DNA of 54,790 nucleotides from Nitrososphaerales archaeon (GTDB lineage Archaea; Thermoproteota; Nitrososphaeria; Nitrososphaerales; JACAEJ01): assembly GCA_013388925.1 (NCBI GenBank), contig JACAEJ010000048.1, forward strand, positions 1-54,790, read 5' to 3'. The notes beneath the pieces are model-generated. The model ran no database searches. It was not told the DNA's origin and saw only the letters and a list, made by a program, of their open reading frames with translations. This document shows, piece after piece, positions 49,531 through 54,790 of this stretch. Position 1 is the stretch's first letter; the number at the start of each line of letters is the position of its first letter. The position numbers and the translations under genes are program-made.

Positions 49531-49618
49531 GCTGCGGTAGCCAAGCCAGGTAAGGCGACGGCTTGCTAAGCCGTTTCCCCATCGGGGATCGTGGGTTCGA
49601 GTCCCACCCGCAGCGCCA
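49531..49618 (+). tRNA. tRNA-Ser(GCT), CCA encoded
   Basis: GCTGCGG/CCGCAGC+G+CCA; ACGGC-TT GCT AA-GCCGT; long variable arm TCCCC-ATC-GGGGA; TTCGAGT T loop. Confidence 0.96.
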
Positions 49619-49639
49619 ATTTTAACACAAATATTAAGA

Positions 49640-49761
49640 CTGCCATATGAGGGTGGTGGAGGCAAATTTCCGACTCCTTCAATTTCATCTCTCCTTCTTT
49701 TCCTAAAGCCAAGAAATGCCACTATGCCCACAACCATAACACAAATTCCAACAATTAGCAA
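49640..49761 (-). pseudogene. Possible remnant C-terminal membrane anchor of a lost surface protein
   Basis: LIVGICVMVVGIVAFLGF-RKRRR-...PPPPS (TM helix, basic stop-transfer, Pro-rich tail) with no upstream body. Confidence 0.35.
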
Positions 49762-50338
49762 TAAACTCCCATTGCAGTTCTGTTGTTCTTTCCAAACTCG
49801 ATCTTCTTGCTTTACCTAATAAAGCATCTTCAAGAGGGATAAATAAAACTGGAGTGAAGAACATTTTTGCATCCTTTAGTCTATCAACTAATTCAAGAGT
49901 TGCAATAATATCTTCTTCTGTCTCATCAGGCATTCCAGTCATAATTGTGCAGAGTGGATACCACTCATAATCATTCATAATTCCGATTCCTTGACAAACT
50001 AACTCTGGCCAATTATCGACGCTAAAAGGCAATGCTTTTCCCTTCATATGTTTTTTCATTAACCTCGGGCTTCCTGTCTCAATTCCAACTTCAACAATGA
50101 TGTATCTCTTTTTTCTTAACCTTCTAATCGTCTTTTCCATCAAAATAGGGGTCAACTTCTCCAATATCTTGGGATCATAGATTATTGGTGCTAAAGAGGC
50201 ATGCGAGAGGCAAATATATTCAACGCCTCCATAACTTGCTATGGTTCCATATAGTTTTGCAATCTCTTTTCTATTGGGAATAAAACCGTCATATGATTTG
50301 TATGCCTTGTTAATACCATATTTATGATTTACCACCAT
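49748..50338 (-). pseudogene. Truncated fragment of a radical SAM protein (B12-binding/MiaB-like family, C-terminal half of the barrel)
   Basis: VGIETGSPRL, GMPDETEED, P..F.PL; no CxxxCxxC in the fragment; AT-rich. Confidence 0.7.
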
Positions 50339-50464
50339 TCACACTTACGGCTCTTTCACTCATCCTTATCTGCTTACATAATATCACGGGCCTCAAAAGT
50401 CACATACCTAGCACAAACCTTAACACTTATAACAAAGTTGATAGGCACGATTAATCAATAAGAT

Positions 50465-50785
50465 TTGGAGGAGGTAATGTTGAAGAAAAATTATGTAGTC
50501 ACAGAAATATCGGCTGCACCAGATGGAGGGCCTTATGTTCTAGTCGCCCTTGTCGAGCCTAGAGACCTGAAGAGCACTTCCCAACCATTCTTCAGTCCAA
50601 ATGTCACAATGAGTTTCACATCGATTGAGGACCTTATGAAGAACTTACAGAGAACTTTCACGGGTCTGTCGAGGCAGACAGTAACAATAGTAAAGTTTGA
50701 CATGAGGGAATACGAGGAGTCAGGGTTGAAGGTAGGAGACAAAGTTTACCTAGAAATTACCAAGGTGGAGAAAGAAGGAGTATAA
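50465..50785 (+). CDS. Small conserved hypothetical protein, possibly arcadin-1-like beta fold
   Basis: GGAGG before ATG 50477; motifs VV..I...PDG.PYV.V.L and EYE..GLKVGD.V.LEI. Confidence 0.75.
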   Translation: MEEVMLKKNYVVTEISAAPDGGPYVLVALVEPRDLKSTSQPFFSPNVTMSFTSIEDLMKNLQRTFTGLSRQTVTIVKFDMREYEESGLKVGDKVYLEITKVEKEGV

Positions 50786-50869
50786 TCCCAATTCTGGTTT
50801 TATCTTTATACATTTAGGATGATTTTGTTCACCTTTTCATTGGTGAATAAAACCTTTGGACTTGTAATT

Positions 50870-51082
50870 TCATCGGCCAAGCTTTCTTTCATTAATTATC
50901 GTTAGTATCCTTGCTATAGCCCTTCTTGTACTTCGAATCTTTCCGGTCTCCTTCTTCAGGGTGCCTCTTGAAGATTCGCTTTTGAGCTTGACCAATTCGG
51001 CCCTTAATTCAAAGAACTTGTCCTGAAGATCTTCATCACTCAACTTCCTCAGCTCTTCACTCTTGAGCTTTGGCACCTTCAT
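50870..51082 (-). CDS. rpl29: 50S ribosomal protein uL29
   Basis: ELRKLS..L...ELRAEL, I...RRAIARILTIINE. Confidence 0.95.
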   Translation of the reverse strand: MKVPKLKSEELRKLSDEDLQDKFFELRAELVKLKSESSRGTLKKETGKIRSTRRAIARILTIINERKLGR

Positions 51083-51701
51083 CTCCCTCCTTTTGAGTCT
51101 CTTCAGGTCTCTTCTCTACTATCTCCACCTCTGAGGGTACCGCATCCCTTAAAGCGATTTTGACCTTTATTCCATAAAGCCCCATCTTGAGTAAAACATG
51201 AGTTGTAGCCTCTCTCACAGCCTTCGATGCCATCTCTCCGCTCTTGGGAACCACTCCCACCCTATATTTTTCATGGTGCGCCCTTTCGCTTCTCAGTTTC
51301 CCTGAAACCATTATTTCTGCACCCATGGCACCAGCATTCTTTATGGAATTTAGAGCCCAGAGGGCAGCTCTCCTAAAGGCCCCTCCCCTCATAACGTTCT
51401 GGGCTATCCTATTGGCCATGACCATGGGATTCAACTCAGGAACTTCCAACTCCAACACGGAAACCTGAGGGTTGGGCAGGCCGAACTTCTGCTCTATAGT
51501 GGAAGTGAGTCCCTTAATGCCCATGCCACGCCTTCCTATGACTAAGCCAGGTCTTATCACGGAGACGGTTATTCTGGTTCCTATGGGCGTCTTGAGGATT
51601 TCCACTCCCCCGTACCCTGCATTGGCCAACTCATTTTGCAAGAATTCGTCCAACTCAGCGTTCTTGGCATAGTTTTTCATTATGTTCTTGGTGGCTGACA
51701 T
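51057..51701 (-). CDS. rps3: 30S ribosomal protein uS3
   Basis: AGYGGVEI.KTP.GT, RPGLVIGRRG, GAEIMVSGKL.SERA. Confidence 0.97.
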   Translation of the reverse strand: MSATKNIMKNYAKNAELDEFLQNELANAGYGGVEILKTPIGTRITVSVIRPGLVIGRRGMGIKGLTSTIEQKFGLPNPQVSVLELEVPELNPMVMANRIAQNVMRGGAFRRAALWALNSIKNAGAMGAEIMVSGKLRSERAHHEKYRVGVVPKSGEMASKAVREATTHVLLKMGLYGIKVKIALRDAVPSEVEIVEKRPEETQKEGDEGAKAQE

Positions 51702-51702
51702 G

Positions 51703-52182
51703 CTACAGGGCCTCCTTTCCTACCATCTCTATGTGAACCAAGGTATTGAACTTCGGTGATGAACGACCAAAAGCCCTAGGGATATATCTTTTCACCTTCG
51801 TGCCCCTCAAGGCAGCGGCGTGGACTATTACCATCTTCTCCGCATCCATTCCCTTAAACTCGGCGTTGGCTTCGAGGTTCATGATGACCTTGAGTATCTC
51901 TCTTGCAGCCTTTTTGGGGTAGCCTCCAGAGTGGAACTTGAATTGGGAGGCCTGATGAGGTACCTCCTTCTTGTACCTCCTAAATGGTACCGCCTGCTTC
52001 TTGGCTATCACGTCCTCCAAGAAGTTCTTCGCTCTGGCAATTGGCATGTCCTTTATTACAATACAGATCTCTCTGGCATCCTTTGGAGAAATATCGACCT
52101 CTCTCCCGCTTGCCCTCACTTGAGTCAGGGAGTCATACTCTGTAAAGCTGTATCCAAACCTCACTTCTTGCACTGCACCCAT
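51703..52182 (-). CDS. rpl22: 50S ribosomal protein uL22
   Basis: ISPK...EIC, VPFRRY, YPKKAA, PRAFGRS. Confidence 0.97.
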   Translation of the reverse strand: MGAVQEVRFGYSFTEYDSLTQVRASGREVDISPKDAREICIVIKDMPIARAKNFLEDVIAKKQAVPFRRYKKEVPHQASQFKFHSGGYPKKAAREILKVIMNLEANAEFKGMDAEKMVIVHAAALRGTKVKRYIPRAFGRSSPKFNTLVHIEMVGKEAL

Positions 52183-52332
52183 CCGATAAGAATGTGCGTT
52201 CGTGGACTGTTTATTTTAACCTTTTCTTATGTAGCATGACAATAATAGGCATAACGTAAACAGGGATACACCTTTCTTTTATCAGAACCGATAAATACTC
52301 ATTCCATAGAATCTATCGAAGAAACAGTAGCA

Positions 52333-53091
52333 ATGAAGGATAGTGACCTCTCCGAAATTACGAACAGTCCAGCAAGAGTTAGGATTCTAGAGATCATTGG
52401 GGAGAAGGGGAGCGCCAGCTTCACTGATATAAAGAAGGGATCAGACCTGAGCACAGGCTCGATATACTACCACCTATCATACCTTAAGGACTTCGTCACA
52501 AGGGACGATAACAGAAGGTATGCACTAACAGAAAGGGGCGTGAGGCTGTTGGAGAGGATGGGAATAAAAACCATTGCCAAAGAGGAGATTAGCCTCATGC
52601 TCAGGTCTCTGTCTATTGTAACCCTCTCCCCCATCCTAAAGCGCCTTACGCACTCTAGGTGGAGCTGCATAGTCGTAACCATCCTTGCACTGGTTATAGG
52701 TTCATTTGCAAACTTCTACTCTGGATCGAATCAATTTCTCCTATCAGTCCCTGGCAAGTATATCATGAACCCGATTCTATCAACTTTGATGACGGGGTGG
52801 CTGGTGAGCTTTGCCCTTGCAGAAGTCTATTCGCTAGTTGTAACGAGGATGAAGTTTGGTGGAGAGTTCGAGCTCGCCGCCACGATGGCCCTTAGCTTTG
52901 TACCCCTCTACCTCTATTCTTCTATCTCTTACCTGCAGATTTCCAGAATAATCCTGATACCAATGCAGGTGTGGAGTGCCATCCTCCTTGCGGGGGGTCT
53001 AAACATATCGAAGGGCGTTAAACTAACCTACTCCTTGATCTTCAGCCTTATTATGCTCTACCTATCCATCTACATCTGGCTGACTGTATGA
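52333..53091 (+). CDS. ArsR-like winged-helix regulator fused to a multi-TM membrane domain
   Basis: PARVRILEII...ASFTDIK...STGSIYYHL...YALTERG followed by about 5 hydrophobic helices. Confidence 0.8.
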   Translation: MKDSDLSEITNSPARVRILEIIGEKGSASFTDIKKGSDLSTGSIYYHLSYLKDFVTRDDNRRYALTERGVRLLERMGIKTIAKEEISLMLRSLSIVTLSPILKRLTHSRWSCIVVTILALVIGSFANFYSGSNQFLLSVPGKYIMNPILSTLMTGWLVSFALAEVYSLVVTRMKFGGEFELAATMALSFVPLYLYSSISYLQISRIILIPMQVWSAILLAGGLNISKGVKLTYSLIFSLIMLYLSIYIWLTV

Positions 53092-53745
53092 TGATAGCAA
53101 GTTCATGATTTCTTTAGCCCTTTCCCTTGCCTTTTGCCCTAGGTCTCTGTTGATGGGCGCCTTTTTGATGAACTCTTCGAGTAATCTTATCGCCTTCTCT
53201 GCCCTTCTCTTAGCATCATGCTGATCAATGGCCTTGAAGCCCTGAAGCTTCTTTGGTCCTTCGTTACCCCCTTCTGGAATGTACCAGTCTCTGAAACTCG
53301 CCCAGCACCCAGCGTAGGAAAGAAGGTACCCTATGGGAGTTGCTATGGGTGGTATCCCAAGGCTCAGGGCCCTAATTGTATCCCTGTGAACATCGCTTTC
53401 GCCCCAGATCATGCCATAGGCCACCATCATGCTACCCCCTGGTGGGATCAGGTCGCCTAAGGTCCTGAAGAGTTTTACGTCAAGAGCGGACTCTGCCAAG
53501 CTCATTTTTACCCCATCAGAAGATATGATCTCGTAGTAGTCCCCGTCTATCCAGCCACTTATTCTCAAGGAGCTTCGGCCAGAGCTGTATATGCCAATAA
53601 AGGCGGGGGGTTTAAATCTGCTGCCCTCCCTTATGAGGGAGAGCTCAAAGTACCTTTGCTCTATGCAACGTCTTCTTTTGACTTCTATGTGGAGCTCATA
53701 GCCATCCAAGTGTTTGCCTTCAAGAGTATAAAGGGGGTGCTGCAA
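53062..53745 (-). CDS. DUF1122-family protein
   Basis: L..GIPPIATPIG..L..AG...FRDWYIPEGG.EG..KLQ signature. Confidence 0.8.
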   Translation of the reverse strand: MQHPLYTLEGKHLDGYELHIEVKRRRCIEQRYFELSLIREGSRFKPPAFIGIYSSGRSSLRISGWIDGDYYEIISSDGVKMSLAESALDVKLFRTLGDLIPPGGSMMVAYGMIWGESDVHRDTIRALSLGIPPIATPIGYLLSYAGCWASFRDWYIPEGGNEGPKKLQGFKAIDQHDAKRRAEKAIRLLEEFIKKAPINRDLGQKARERAKEIMNLLSSYSQPDVDG

Positions 53746-53849
53746 ATCGCTCTTACTGTAACGAGTGCGGTTTTAAAGATTTATTCCAAATCGTGATTTC
53801 AGTTAAGATTTATTAAAAGTTTTTATTTGTGAAGTCTTAAACTTACTTC

Positions 53850-54455
53850 ATGCCAAAGAGATACGTTTTGCCAGATTTGCCTTACAAAAACGATGCACTG
53901 GAACCGACAATCTCGAAGGAGATAATGAAGTTCCACCATGATAAGCACCATTTGGGCTATGTCAACGGAGCCAATGCGGCCCTAGAGAAGCTCGAAAAGG
54001 CCCGAAAGGAGGGGTTCACAGGCTTCGATGTAAAAGCTACAGTGAGGGATTTGTCCTTCAATGCTTCAGGCCATGTCCTCCATTCGATATTCTGGACCAA
54101 CATGAGACCTAGTGGTGGAGGAAAGCCTGGAGGGGCCTTGGCCGATAGTATAGACGAGGATTTTGGGGGCTTTGACGCTTTCAAGCAGCAACTCAGCATC
54201 GCCGCAAAGACCGTTGAGGCCTCGGGTTGGGGGGTTCTAGCCTATGATCCAGTGTTAAACCAACTCATGGTAATACAGGCGGAGAAGCATCAAGACCTTG
54301 CGGTCCAAGGGGCTACACCCATTCTGGTAATAGATGTTTGGGAACACGCCTACTATCTGCAGTACAAGAACGATCGTGGGGCCTTTGTCGACAATTGGTG
54401 GAATGTTGCGAACTGGGATGATGCCGATAGAAGATTAGAGAAGGTTAAACGCTAG
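53850..54455 (+). CDS. sod: Fe/Mn superoxide dismutase
   Basis: LPDLPY...ALEP, HHDKHH, H..FW, DVWEHAYYLQY. Confidence 0.97.
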   Translation: MPKRYVLPDLPYKNDALEPTISKEIMKFHHDKHHLGYVNGANAALEKLEKARKEGFTGFDVKATVRDLSFNASGHVLHSIFWTNMRPSGGGKPGGALADSIDEDFGGFDAFKQQLSIAAKTVEASGWGVLAYDPVLNQLMVIQAEKHQDLAVQGATPILVIDVWEHAYYLQYKNDRGAFVDNWWNVANWDDADRRLEKVKR

Positions 54456-54464
54456 CCCTTCACC

Positions 54465-54470
54465 TTTTTT
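54465..54470 (+). terminator. Oligo-U terminator candidate after sod
   Basis: T6 run 10 nt after the stop, between convergent genes. Confidence 0.4.
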
Positions 54471-54490
54471 GTTGCTGAATGATAGATTGT

Positions 54491-54790
54491 TCAGCTAAAG
54501 TCTTCGCACTTATACTCTGTTAGAGGTTCAACTTGGTTCCATTTCACCAAGAAAGTATCCTCACACTTTAAAGAGCCTACACCTGACACCATCAAAGGGG
54601 CGTGGACAAAGGCAAGGGTCATGTTCTCAACCACTTTGTACTGCCTCTGGGCAGACAGAATGGTTGTTATGGGATCCTCTTCCACCAAAAGGCCTACGCT
54701 ATGAGCAAAACCCGTCAGGTAGTACTTATCATAGCCATCTTTTTCAAGGGTCTGCTTTATCACATTTTCTACATCGATGAACTTTACTCC
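54491..54790 (-). CDS. M24 (Xaa-Pro peptidase/creatinase-like) family protein, 3' end only
   Basis: HSVGL..EE.P and G..K.EDTFLV motifs; the ORF runs off the window edge. Confidence 0.75.
   Translation of the reverse strand, partial: GVKFIDVENVIKQTLEKDGYDKYYLTGFAHSVGLLVEEDPITTILSAQRQYKVVENMTLAFVHAPLMVSGVGSLKCEDTFLVKWNQVEPLTEYKCEDFS

Noticed and set aside
49486-49620. 3' part of the 91-aa minus-strand ORF
   Set aside because: It is the antisense translation of tRNA-Ser(GCT).
1-54790. CRISPR array, IS element or rRNA
   Set aside because: No regularly spaced repeats, transposase-like ORFs with terminal inverted repeats, or rRNA-like sequence were found by eye.

Overview
Chromosomal segment of an archaeon that looks like a member of the Nitrososphaeria/Thaumarchaeota, probably a basal lineage. 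This is inferred from the unsplit Rpo1 (A'+A''), unsplit Rpo2, thaumarchaeal-type ESCRT-III/Vps4 (Cdv) genes, Alba and an intron-containing tRNA-Ser. Most of the window is housekeeping: rpoH-rpoB-rpoA-rpl30e-nusA, rpoP, tyrS, aspS, dnaG, pelota, rpl22-rps3-rpl29, rpl40e, purN-folD, thiC, sod, the SRP RNA and four tRNAs (Leu-CAG, Ser-CGA with intron, Val-CAC, Ser-GCT). Accessory parts are a trehalose cluster (TreT-like GT, trehalose-6-phosphate phosphatase, a large coiled-coil gene split at a (CT)6 tract, and a GT-B enzyme with OtsA-like motifs), a CobW-like GTPase interrupted by an in-frame TGA, and gene remnants beside tRNA-Val and tRNA-Ser(GCT). The most promising leads are a long RNA hairpin between two ESCRT-III genes of a cdvB-cdvB-cdvC cluster, the (CT)6 frameshift in the coiled-coil gene, paired extra segments in PurN and FolD, and a possible arcadin-1-like protein. 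I found no CRISPR array, IS element, intein or rRNA. All family assignments come from motifs read by eye; no searches were run.
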